Positions 14,407 through 21,450 of a stretch of 64,000 bases of DNA are shown in pieces (the first letter of the stretch is position 1; every line of letters starts with the position of its first letter). The stretch covers positions 3,432 to 67,431 of the forward strand of contig DATLRO010000068.1 in assembly GCA_035534615.1 (NCBI GenBank), in the 5' to 3' direction. Below the pieces are notes generated by a model that did no database searches, was not told where the DNA came from, and saw only the letters and a list, made by a program, of their open reading frames with translations. The position numbers were made by a program, and so were the translations under genes. The stretch is from Vicinamibacterales bacterium (GTDB taxonomy: Bacteria; Acidobacteriota; Vicinamibacteria; Vicinamibacterales; CAVVIG01).

Positions 14407-15069
14407 ATGAAGTCCGAATCGATTGTTTTCGGCCTTGCCGGCGTCTGTTTCGGCCTGATCGTCGGCTGGGTGATCGCGAACCAGCAGGTCCCGGGACGCC
14501 AGCCGGCCATCGCGGCCGCCAGCGCGTCGGCGTCGCAGCCGGCGCCGACCATGCCGGCGCAGGGGTCCGGCACGAGTGATCAGAGCACGAGCGCCAGCGG
14601 CGACCAGCCGGTCCCGCTCGACGCGAGCCGCGTGCAGGCGCTGACGGCCCAGGCGGCGCAGCACCCGAACGACGCCGGCCCGCGCATTCAGCTCGGCAAC
14701 ATGTACTTCGACGCCGAACAGTACCAGACCGCGATCAACTGGTACCAGCAGGCGCTCAAGCTGGCCCCGCGCGACGTCGACGTCAGCACCGACCTCGGCG
14801 TGTGCTTCTACTACACGAACCAGCCCGATCTCGCCCTGAAGCAGTTCAATTACTCCCTGTCGATCGATCCCCGGCACCTGAAGACGCTGTTGAACATCGG
14901 CGTCGTCCGCGCGTTCGGCAAGCAGGATCTGGAGGGCGCGGCCAGGGCGTGGCAGAAGCTGGTCGATATCGCGCCGAACAGTCCGGAGGGCCAGGCGGCG
15001 AAGAAGGCGCTGGAGAGCATGCGCCAGGCCCATCCTGGCCTCGGCACCGGCGGGGCGTCCGGCCCCTGA
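14407..15069 (+). CDS. TPR-repeat protein with N-terminal membrane anchor
   Basis: MKSESIVFGLAGVCFGLIVGWVIA TM segment, then TPR-like repeats (LGNMYFDAEQYQTAINWYQQALKLAP..). The ATG at 14407 is preferred over the 14347 track start. Confidence 0.7.
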   Translation: MKSESIVFGLAGVCFGLIVGWVIANQQVPGRQPAIAAASASASQPAPTMPAQGSGTSDQSTSASGDQPVPLDASRVQALTAQAAQHPNDAGPRIQLGNMYFDAEQYQTAINWYQQALKLAPRDVDVSTDLGVCFYYTNQPDLALKQFNYSLSIDPRHLKTLLNIGVVRAFGKQDLEGAARAWQKLVDIAPNSPEGQAAKKALESMRQAHPGLGTGGASGP

Positions 15070-15075
15070 GCCCCG

Positions 15076-15336
15076 ATGGTCCGGCTGCTGCTCCTGCTGC
15101 TGTTCCTGGTCTTCCTCGGGCGGGCCGTGTGGCGGTTCCTCCAGGGGGTCGTCGAGGGAGCGACGCGGCAGGGCGGGCGCCCGGGCACGCCGTCGCGCGG
15201 CGTCCAGATGGTCCGGGATCCGGTGTGCGGCACGTTCGTCGTGCCGGCCCGGGCGTACGCACTCGGCGAGGGCGATCGGCAGGTCTTCTTCTGTTCGGAA
15301 CGGTGCCGCGAGCAGTATCGCGCGGGAGCGCGGTGA
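15076..15336 (+). CDS. small membrane-anchored TRASH/YHS-like metal-binding domain protein
   Basis: Leu-rich TM segment, then DPVCGTFV..FFCSERCREQY, a Cys pattern typical of TRASH/YHS domains. Confidence 0.6.
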   Translation: MVRLLLLLLFLVFLGRAVWRFLQGVVEGATRQGGRPGTPSRGVQMVRDPVCGTFVVPARAYALGEGDRQVFFCSERCREQYRAGAR

Positions 15337-15354
15337 GCGGGTTGGGCAGGTCCG

Positions 15355-16221
15355 ATGGCTGAGCGGTCCGAAGCGCGCCTGCGCGCCGACATCGTCGAGA
15401 TCGGGCGGCGTCTCCACGAGCGGGGGTACGTCGCCTCGAACGACGGCAACATCAGCGCCCGGCTGGATGGCGCGCGCCTGCTGACGACCCCGAGAGGCGT
15501 GTCGAAGCGCGACATGACCCCCGACATGATGGTGGTCACGGATCTCGACGGGCGCAAGCTGGCCGGCGAGCGGACGGCCTCGTCGGAACTGCTGATGCAC
15601 CTCGAGGTCTACCGGAACCGGCCCGAGGTGGAGGCGGTCGTGCACGCGCATCCGCCCGCAGCCACGGGGTTCGCGGTGGCCGGCATCCCGCTGGACCGGG
15701 CGGTGCTCGCGGAAATCGTCACGACGCTCGGCAGCATTCCGATTGCGGCCTACGGCACGCCGTCGACGCAGGAACTGGCCGACGCGGTCCGCCAGTACAT
15801 CCGGGCGCACGACGGGCTGCTGCTGGCCAATCACGGCGCATTGACCGTCGGCGGCGATCTGTTCACCGCGTACTACAACATGGAGCGGGTCGAGCACTTC
15901 GCGCGCATCAGTCTGGTGGCGCGGCTGCTCGGGCGCGAGTATCTGCTGTCGCGCGAGGAAGTCGAGCGGCTGCAGGGCCTGCGCGGTGCGTACGGCGTGG
16001 CGGCTCCGGCGCCGATCTGCACGGACGGCAGCCAGGCGCCGGCCGCGGGCGAGGTCGCCAGCTGCCAGGTGATTCAGGCGCCGCCGGGGGGCGGCCTCCG
16101 GCTCGTGCCCGACGTCCCGGGGACGGCGGCCGGCGCGCCGCCGAGCGACGACACCGAAATTCGGTTAACATACCGCGAGCTGACGGCGCTCATCGAGGAC
16201 GCGGTCAGGAACCTGACATAA
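15355..16221 (+). CDS. class II (FucA/RhaD/AraD-family) aldolase with ~70-aa C-terminal extension
   Basis: [37 protein letters not shown] (metal His ligands). After about 215 aa comes a Pro/Gly/Ala linker and a terminal amphipathic helix, [19 protein letters not shown]. Confidence 0.9.
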   Translation: MAERSEARLRADIVEIGRRLHERGYVASNDGNISARLDGARLLTTPRGVSKRDMTPDMMVVTDLDGRKLAGERTASSELLMHLEVYRNRPEVEAVVHAHPPAATGFAVAGIPLDRAVLAEIVTTLGSIPIAAYGTPSTQELADAVRQYIRAHDGLLLANHGALTVGGDLFTAYYNMERVEHFARISLVARLLGREYLLSREEVERLQGLRGAYGVAAPAPICTDGSQAPAAGEVASCQVIQAPPGGGLRLVPDVPGTAAGAPPSDDTEIRLTYRELTALIEDAVRNLT

Positions 16222-16288
16222 TCCGCCTGCGCGTCGCGGGTGGCGGCCGGCGGCCGGCGTCAGCGCCGGCCATGGCCTGGAGGAGAGT

Positions 16289-16579
16289 ATGGGCGAGGCG
16301 CTCGGGATGATCGAGACGAAGGGACTTGTCGCGATGATCGAGGCGGCCGACGCCATGGTCAAGGCCGCGAAGGTCACGCTGGTGGGCTGGGAGAAGATCG
16401 GCGCCGGCTACGTCACGGCGCTCGTGCGCGGTGACGTCGCCGCCGTGAAGGCGGCGACCGACGCCGGGGCGGCCGCCGCCCGCCGCGTCGGCGAGCTCGT
16501 GTCGGTCCACGTCATTCCGCGCCCGCACGCGAGTCTCGAGGACACCCTGCCGATCGGCAGGTCGGGCGCCAAGAGCTAG
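16289..16579 (+). CDS. BMC-H shell protein (PF00936-type hexamer, PduA/EutM/CcmK-like)
   Basis: [34 protein letters not shown] pore loop, [28 protein letters not shown] before the ATG. Confidence 0.93.
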   Translation: MGEALGMIETKGLVAMIEAADAMVKAAKVTLVGWEKIGAGYVTALVRGDVAAVKAATDAGAAAARRVGELVSVHVIPRPHASLEDTLPIGRSGAKS

Positions 16580-16603
16580 ACACGGGTTCCGATCGGCTCC
16601 CTC

Positions 16604-16873
16604 ATGATTCTGGCCAAAGTCGTCGGCACCGTGGTCGCGACCCGCAAAGATCCCCGCCTGGTCAGCCAGAAGCTGCTGGTCGCCCGACCGCTGGATCCGC
16701 GCGGCAAGCCGGAAGGCCACTACCTGGTCGCGGTCGACACCGTCGACGCCGGCTTCGGCGACATGGTGCTGATCGTCAACGGCAGCTCGGCGCGGATGGC
16801 GGCCGGCCTCAAGGACTGCCCGGTCGACGCCGCCATCGTCGGCGTCGTCGACACCGTCGAGCTCGACGAATAG
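16604..16873 (+). CDS. BMC-P vertex protein 1 (EutN/CcmL family, PF03319-type)
   Basis: MILAKVVGTVVATRKDPRLVSQKLLVARPLD..AVDTVDAG.GDMVLIV.GS.AR..VDAAIVGVVD. Confidence 0.9.
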   Translation: MILAKVVGTVVATRKDPRLVSQKLLVARPLDPRGKPEGHYLVAVDTVDAGFGDMVLIVNGSSARMAAGLKDCPVDAAIVGVVDTVELDE

Positions 16874-16886
16874 GGAAACGCCCGGC

Positions 16887-17165
16887 ATGCAGCTCGCGCG
16901 CGTCATCGGCGACGTGGTCACCACCAGGAAGGATCCGGCGCTGATCGGCCTGACCCTGCTGATCGTGCAGCCGCTCACGCCCGATCACCAGCCGATCGGC
17001 CGCGCGGTGATCGCCGCGGACACGGTCGGCGCCGGCGTGGGCGAAGAGGTGTTCTTCGTCCGGGGCAAAGAAGCCAGTTTCCCGTTCTTTCCCGCCGAGG
17101 TGCCCGTCGACGCGGGGATCGTCGGCATCATCGATTACTGGACCGTCGACGCCCCGCGTCCCTAG
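16887..17165 (+). CDS. BMC-P vertex protein 2 (EutN/CcmL family)
   Basis: MQLARVIGDVVTTRKDPALIGLTLLIVQPL..AADTVGAGVGEEVFFV.G..VDAGIVGIID. Confidence 0.9.
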   Translation: MQLARVIGDVVTTRKDPALIGLTLLIVQPLTPDHQPIGRAVIAADTVGAGVGEEVFFVRGKEASFPFFPAEVPVDAGIVGIIDYWTVDAPRP

Positions 17166-17177
17166 CCGGCCGCCGTC

Positions 17178-17474
17178 ATGCTGCTCGCCCGAGTCGTCGG
17201 CACCGTGGTCTCCACCCAGAAGCACCGGAAGTTCACCGGCGCCAAGCTGCTGCTCGTTCAGCCGCTGACGCTGGAGGAGACGCCCAGCGGCACGCCCGTG
17301 CTGGCGGTCGACGGGGTGGGCGCGGGCGTGCACGAGAAGGTGCTGATCGTCCTGGAAGGGCGGGCCGCCAGCGACGCCATCAGCCAGCGGGGCGCGCCGG
17401 TCGACGCCGCCATCGTCGGGATCGTGGACCACGTCGATCTGGGGACCGGCGCGGCTGCGGAGGCCGGCCGATGA
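17178..17474 (+). CDS. BMC-P vertex protein 3 (EutN/CcmL family)
   Basis: MLLARVVGTVVSTQKHRKFTGAKLLLVQPL..AVDGVGAGVHEKVLIV.EG..VDAAIVGIVD. Confidence 0.9.
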   Translation: MLLARVVGTVVSTQKHRKFTGAKLLLVQPLTLEETPSGTPVLAVDGVGAGVHEKVLIVLEGRAASDAISQRGAPVDAAIVGIVDHVDLGTGAAAEAGR

Positions 17475-17710
17475 CCGGCATGAGCGAGGAGGCGCTGCGC
17501 GCGCTCGTCCGCGACGTCGTGGCACGCGGCGCGGCGCAGGCCGGGGGCGCCGGCGGCTCGCTGGACACGACGGTCACGACCGTGGCGGCGGTGCTGGTGC
17601 ACGCCAGCCATCAGCGGTTCACGGCCCTGCCGCGCCCCGGCGACGCCTGTCTGATCGAGCCGGCCGTGCCGTGCACCCACTGCGGGTACTGCCAGTCGTA
17701 CGGCCACTGA
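17471..17710 (+). CDS. 79-aa Cys-rich protein with N-terminal amphipathic helix (putative encapsulated metal or Fe-S protein)
   Basis: The ATG overlaps the stop of BMC-P3 (ATGA). N-terminus EEALRALVRDVVARG, then a Gly/Ala linker. C-terminus C-x9-C-x2-C-x2-C (ACLIEPAVPCTHCGYCQSYGH). I recognise no family. Confidence 0.6.
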   Translation: MTGMSEEALRALVRDVVARGAAQAGGAGGSLDTTVTTVAAVLVHASHQRFTALPRPGDACLIEPAVPCTHCGYCQSYGH

Positions 17711-17725
17711 GCGACGCAAACGGTC

Positions 17726-18676
17726 ATGCCCAAACCAGCCCTGCTCGTCACGCGGCGGATTCCGGCGTCGGTGCTCGCCCGTCTCGAGCCGGTCTGCGAC
17801 ATCGATCTCTACACGGGCGACGCGGCCATCCCCCGCGGCGAGCTGCTCGAGCGCGTCCGCGGCAAGCAGGCGCTGATGTGCCTGCTGACCGATCGTATCG
17901 ACCGCGAGCTGCTCGAGGCGGGGCGCGACCTGCGGATCGTCGCGAACATCGCCGTCGGCTACAACAACGTCGACGTGGCCTCCGCGGCCGGGCGCGGCAT
18001 CATCGTCACCAACACGCCGGACGTGCTGACCGAGTCGGTGGCCGACTTCACCTGGGCGCTCATCCTCGCGCTGACCCGGCGCGTCTCGGAAGGCGAACGG
18101 GTGGTCCGCAGCGGCACGTGGAAGGGCTGGGCCCTCGACTTCATGCTGGGCACGGACGTCCGGGGCAAGCAGCTCGGGCTGATCGGCATGGGGCGGATCG
18201 CCCGGGCCGTCGCAGCGCGGGCGCCGGCGTTCGGCATGCGCGTGGCGTACGCCGACGAGCAGGCGGTCAGCGTGCCGGGTGCCGAGGCGATGTCGCTCGA
18301 TCGGCTGCTGACGACCTCGGACGTCGTGTCGCTGCACGTGCCGCTGACCGACGGCACCCGTCATCTGATCGACCGGCGGGCGCTGACCAGGATGAAGCGG
18401 TCCGCCTACCTGATCAACACGGCGCGCGGGCCGGTCGTCGACGAAGAGGCGCTCGCGTGGGCGCTCGGCCAGCATCTGATCGCCGGCGCCGCGCTGGACG
18501 TGTACGAGAACGAGCCGGCCATCCAGCCCGCCCTGATGACGATGGAACACGTGCTGCTGGTGCCGCACCTCGGCAGTGCCACGACCGAGACGCGGACGGC
18601 CATGGCGGATCTCGCGGCCAGCAACGTGCTGGCCGTTCTGGCGGGCAAGCCGGCGCTGACCGCCGTGCCGGCGTGA
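17726..18676 (+). CDS. D-isomer-specific 2-hydroxyacid dehydrogenase (glyoxylate/hydroxypyruvate reductase-like)
   Basis: VGYNNVDV, NTPDVLTESVADF, Rossmann GLIGMGRIARAVA, ..NTARG..VDE.AL, catalytic region LDVYENEP..PHLGSAT. Confidence 0.92.
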   Translation: MPKPALLVTRRIPASVLARLEPVCDIDLYTGDAAIPRGELLERVRGKQALMCLLTDRIDRELLEAGRDLRIVANIAVGYNNVDVASAAGRGIIVTNTPDVLTESVADFTWALILALTRRVSEGERVVRSGTWKGWALDFMLGTDVRGKQLGLIGMGRIARAVAARAPAFGMRVAYADEQAVSVPGAEAMSLDRLLTTSDVVSLHVPLTDGTRHLIDRRALTRMKRSAYLINTARGPVVDEEALAWALGQHLIAGAALDVYENEPAIQPALMTMEHVLLVPHLGSATTETRTAMADLAASNVLAVLAGKPALTAVPA

Positions 18677-18680
18677 CCCC

Positions 18681-19481
18681 ATGCCGGTGACTGCCGCGAG
18701 CGTCCCGGCCCGCCGCGGGCGCGGACCGCAGGCCCGGCGGCCGGCGGTGCCGCCACTGCCCTCGCCGGCCGCGGTCGACGCCGTGCTGCACACCCTCGCG
18801 AGGGCCATCACCGGCCTCGAACTGCCGGCGGTCGAGAAGATCGCCACCGACCAGGCGGAGGATCCGTTCCAGGTCCTCATCGCGACGCTGCTGTCGGCGC
18901 GGACGCAGGACGCGACGACGCTGGCGGCCTCGCGGCGGCTGTTCGGGGTGGCCCGCACGCCGGCCGCGATGGCGCGGCTGACGGTCCGCCGGATCGAGCG
19001 GCTGATCTATCCCGTCAGCTTCTACCGGCACAAGGCCCGCTTCGTCCGGGCGACCTGCCGGCTGCTGATGGCGCGGTACGGCGGGCGCGTGCCCGGGACG
19101 ATGGACGAACTGCTGCAGCTGCCGGGCGTGGGACGCAAGACGGCGAATCTGGTCCTGATCCTCGCCCACCGCAGCCAGGACAACATCTGCGTCGACACGC
19201 ACGTTCACCGGCTGGCCAACCGGCTGGGCTGGGTCCGGACGCGCGTGCCCGACGAGACGGAGCAGGCGTTGTACCGGGCGGTCGATCGCCGCTGGTGGCC
19301 GTACGTGAATCTCTATTTCGTCACGTGGGGGCAGAACGTCTGCCGGCCGATTGCGCCGCGATGCGGCGCCTGCCCGGTTCAGGAGGCGTGCCCGCGCATC
19401 GGGGTCACGCGTACGCGGCGCACGGTCGGGCCGGGAACGCCCGGCCGCGCGTCGCACTCAGCAAAGGGAGCCGAACGATGA
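18681..19481 (+). CDS. nth: endonuclease III family DNA glycosylase
   Basis: LSARTQD, HhH LPGVGRKTANLVL, DTHVHR, Fe-S loop CRPIAPRCGACPVQEAC. The N-terminal ~45 aa are Arg/Pro-rich, so the true start may be downstream. Confidence 0.85.
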   Translation: MPVTAASVPARRGRGPQARRPAVPPLPSPAAVDAVLHTLARAITGLELPAVEKIATDQAEDPFQVLIATLLSARTQDATTLAASRRLFGVARTPAAMARLTVRRIERLIYPVSFYRHKARFVRATCRLLMARYGGRVPGTMDELLQLPGVGRKTANLVLILAHRSQDNICVDTHVHRLANRLGWVRTRVPDETEQALYRAVDRRWWPYVNLYFVTWGQNVCRPIAPRCGACPVQEACPRIGVTRTRRTVGPGTPGRASHSAKGAER

Positions 19482-20047
19482 AGAACGTGTCTCGCGTTGT
19501 CTGGACCGCTGTGGCGGTCGTGTCCATGCTGGCCGTCAGCGGTCTCAAGGCGTCCGCCCAGGATCAGATTCCGACCGAGAAGGGGCCGATCCTGGTGGTG
19601 GAGACGGTCCGGGGGACCTTCGAGATCAAGACCTATCCCAAAGAGGCCCCGAAAACCGTCGCGCACATCGTCGCGCTCACCAAGCGCGGCTTCTACAACG
19701 GCCTGCGCTTTCACCGCGTCGTGCCGGGCTTCGTCATCCAGGTCGGCGACCCGCAGAGCCGCGACCTGTCGAAGCGGGCGCTCTGGGGCACCGGCGGCAG
19801 CGGCCATCCGATCGGCGTCGCCGAGTTCAGTCCGAAGCTGACGCACATCACGGGAGCCGTCGCCATGGCGTACGCCGGCACGCCGCAGTCGGCCGACAGC
19901 CAGTTCTACATCACGCTGGCCCCGCAGCACAGCCTCGACGGCAAGTACGTGGTGTTCGGCCAGGTGATCAAGGGCGACGACGTGCCGGCGAAGATCAAGG
20001 TGGGCGACCTGATCAAGAAGATGTACGTGAAACCCGGGACGGAGTAG
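19478..20047 (+). CDS. cyclophilin-type peptidyl-prolyl cis-trans isomerase, secreted
   Basis: AGGGAG RBS, signal peptide, FYNGLRFHRVVPGFVIQVGDP, SQFYIT. Confidence 0.9.
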   Translation: MKNVSRVVWTAVAVVSMLAVSGLKASAQDQIPTEKGPILVVETVRGTFEIKTYPKEAPKTVAHIVALTKRGFYNGLRFHRVVPGFVIQVGDPQSRDLSKRALWGTGGSGHPIGVAEFSPKLTHITGAVAMAYAGTPQSADSQFYITLAPQHSLDGKYVVFGQVIKGDDVPAKIKVGDLIKKMYVKPGTE

Positions 20048-20990
20048 TCGGCACGAAGGACGCCAGCTCGGGATACGCCGCGACGAACGCGGGCGGATAG
20101 TCGCCCGCGGTCGGCAGGCGGAGCCGGTGTTTGAGCATCAGGGCGTTGGCCGGCGCTTTGGCCGCGAAGTGGTTGTTCAGGTAGACGTACAGCTTCTTCA
20201 CCAGGCGACCGGCCGCGTCGATCGTCCGCGCGAACTCGTCCACCTCGGCCGGCGCGTACAGGTAGTTGTACCGGTCCTCCGCGTGCTCGTGCCGCCACCA
20301 GGCCGCCGCGTTCCGCCCGTGCAGCCGCAGGTAGTACGCCGTCGGCAGGTTCGGCAGCTCGTTCTGGCGGATCGAGAAGCGGAATTTCGGCTCGTCGATC
20401 TGGACCCACGCGGCGCCGAAGCCGTTGAGCAGCGCCAGCGTGTCGCCGAGGCGGTCGCTCCAGCTCCGATGGCGCAGCTCGACCGCCATCGGATAGCCGG
20501 CGAACGCCCGGAGCAGGCCGGCGAGGTGGTCGCGCGAGTCGGCGGCGTCCTTGAAGCTCGGCGGGAACTGCGCGAGCAGCATGCCGAGCCGGCCGGCGGC
20601 GGCGATCGGCTCGATCCCGGTCCGGAAGGCGTCGAGATCGGCCTGGGTGACGCGCGCCAGTTCGTCCAGGACGCCGGCCGGCACGTCGCCCGCCGGCACC
20701 CCGGGCAGCGCCGCCTGCCTGAACATCTCCGGGTGCGTGAACTTCCGGTACAGCTTGAGGGAGAACCGGAAGCCGGGCGGCGTGCGGGCCACCCACGAGC
20801 GGGCGATGGCGGCGCGCGGCTGTCCGTAGAACGTCGTGTTGACCTCGACGGTGTCGAAGCGCTCGGCGTAATAGGCGAGCTCGTCGAACGGTTTCGGGCG
20901 CGCGGCCGTGGCCGGGTAGAACAGGCCGGTCCACGTCCCCCGGCCGGTCGGATAGTTCCAGCCGGACGTCCCGATGTACAGATCACCCAT
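20013..20990 (-). CDS. DUF72 family protein
   Basis: YIGTSGWNYP, FDTVEVNTTFYG, RHRSW, typical DUF72 length. Converges on and overlaps the PPIase 3' end by 35 nt. Confidence 0.88.
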   Translation of the reverse strand: MGDLYIGTSGWNYPTGRGTWTGLFYPATAARPKPFDELAYYAERFDTVEVNTTFYGQPRAAIARSWVARTPPGFRFSLKLYRKFTHPEMFRQAALPGVPAGDVPAGVLDELARVTQADLDAFRTGIEPIAAAGRLGMLLAQFPPSFKDAADSRDHLAGLLRAFAGYPMAVELRHRSWSDRLGDTLALLNGFGAAWVQIDEPKFRFSIRQNELPNLPTAYYLRLHGRNAAAWWRHEHAEDRYNYLYAPAEVDEFARTIDAAGRLVKKLYVYLNNHFAAKAPANALMLKHRLRLPTAGDYPPAFVAAYPELASFVPTTPSRVSRTSS

Positions 20991-20996
20991 GACGGC

Positions 20997-21332
20997 TCAT
21001 CCGAGCGCGCGATACCGATCCTGGTCGAAGCCGAAGACGACCGTCGTCCCCTTGATGAGGATCGGCCGTTTGATCAGGTTCGGCTGCTGCAGCATGAGGT
21101 CGATCGCTTCCTTCTTCGTCGTGGGCAGCGGCCGGGTCTTGAACACCGGGCTCCGGCGGCTGACGAAGTCCAGGATGTGGTCCGCGTCGACGTGGCGCTC
21201 GAGAAACGCCCGATCCGGCGGCTGGCGGTTGATGTCGCGTTCTTCGACGTCGAGTCCGATCTGCTCCAGAAACCTTCTGGCGTGGCGGCAGGTCGTTCAC
21301 GTCGGCTTCCAGTAGAAGAGTGCGCGCGTCAT
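20997..21332 (-). CDS. ArsC/Spx/YffB-family thioredoxin-fold protein with in-frame UGA at the catalytic Cys position (candidate selenoprotein)
   Basis: Hand translation gives MTRALFYWKPT-[TGA]-TTCRHARRFLEQIGLDVEERDI...LMLQQPNLIKRPILIKGTTVVFGFDQDRYRALG*. It aligns with the YffB pattern LYGIKNCDTCKKARRWLE...IKRPLL..GF. The TGA is at 21297-21299. An SD-like AAGGGGGG lies upstream of the ATG. Absent from the ORF track because the TGA splits the frame. Confidence 0.7.
21266..21280 (-). promoter_or_regulatory. SECIS-like hairpin downstream of the in-frame UGA
   Basis: mRNA: UGA, 16 nt, then CCAGAA-GGU-UUCUGG (6-bp stem, apical GGU). Confidence 0.4.
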
Positions 21333-21450
21333 GGGCCCCCCTTGATGCCCATTGTAAAGGGGCGGGGGCGATCGGGACGCGGAAAACCCGGGCCGGGAGC
21401 CGGCCCGCGCGTGCGGGTACAATTGACCCGGTGGCGCAGCCGGAGCGATC

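Noticed and set aside
14407-20047. The BMC locus as a recently acquired genomic island.
   Set aside because: By eye its base composition and codon style match the surrounding housekeeping genes. It is embedded in a continuous co-directional string ending with nth and a PPIase. No tRNA-adjacent integrase, direct repeats or mobility genes flank it.
21297-21299. The in-frame TGA of the ArsC-like gene read as a pseudogene lesion or sequencing error.
   Set aside because: Considered but not favoured. It is the only disruption in an otherwise intact, well-conserved 112-codon frame. It falls exactly on the redox-Cys column, and a hairpin follows at an appropriate distance. It remains the main alternative (see the finding's refutation criteria).
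21333-21450. A preQ1 riboswitch upstream of queE-queC.
   Set aside because: I looked for the small preQ1-I/II hairpin with an A-rich tail and CTA/ACC core. Nothing resembling it is present in the 118-bp spacer, which is more likely just the divergent promoter region shared with the ArsC-like gene.
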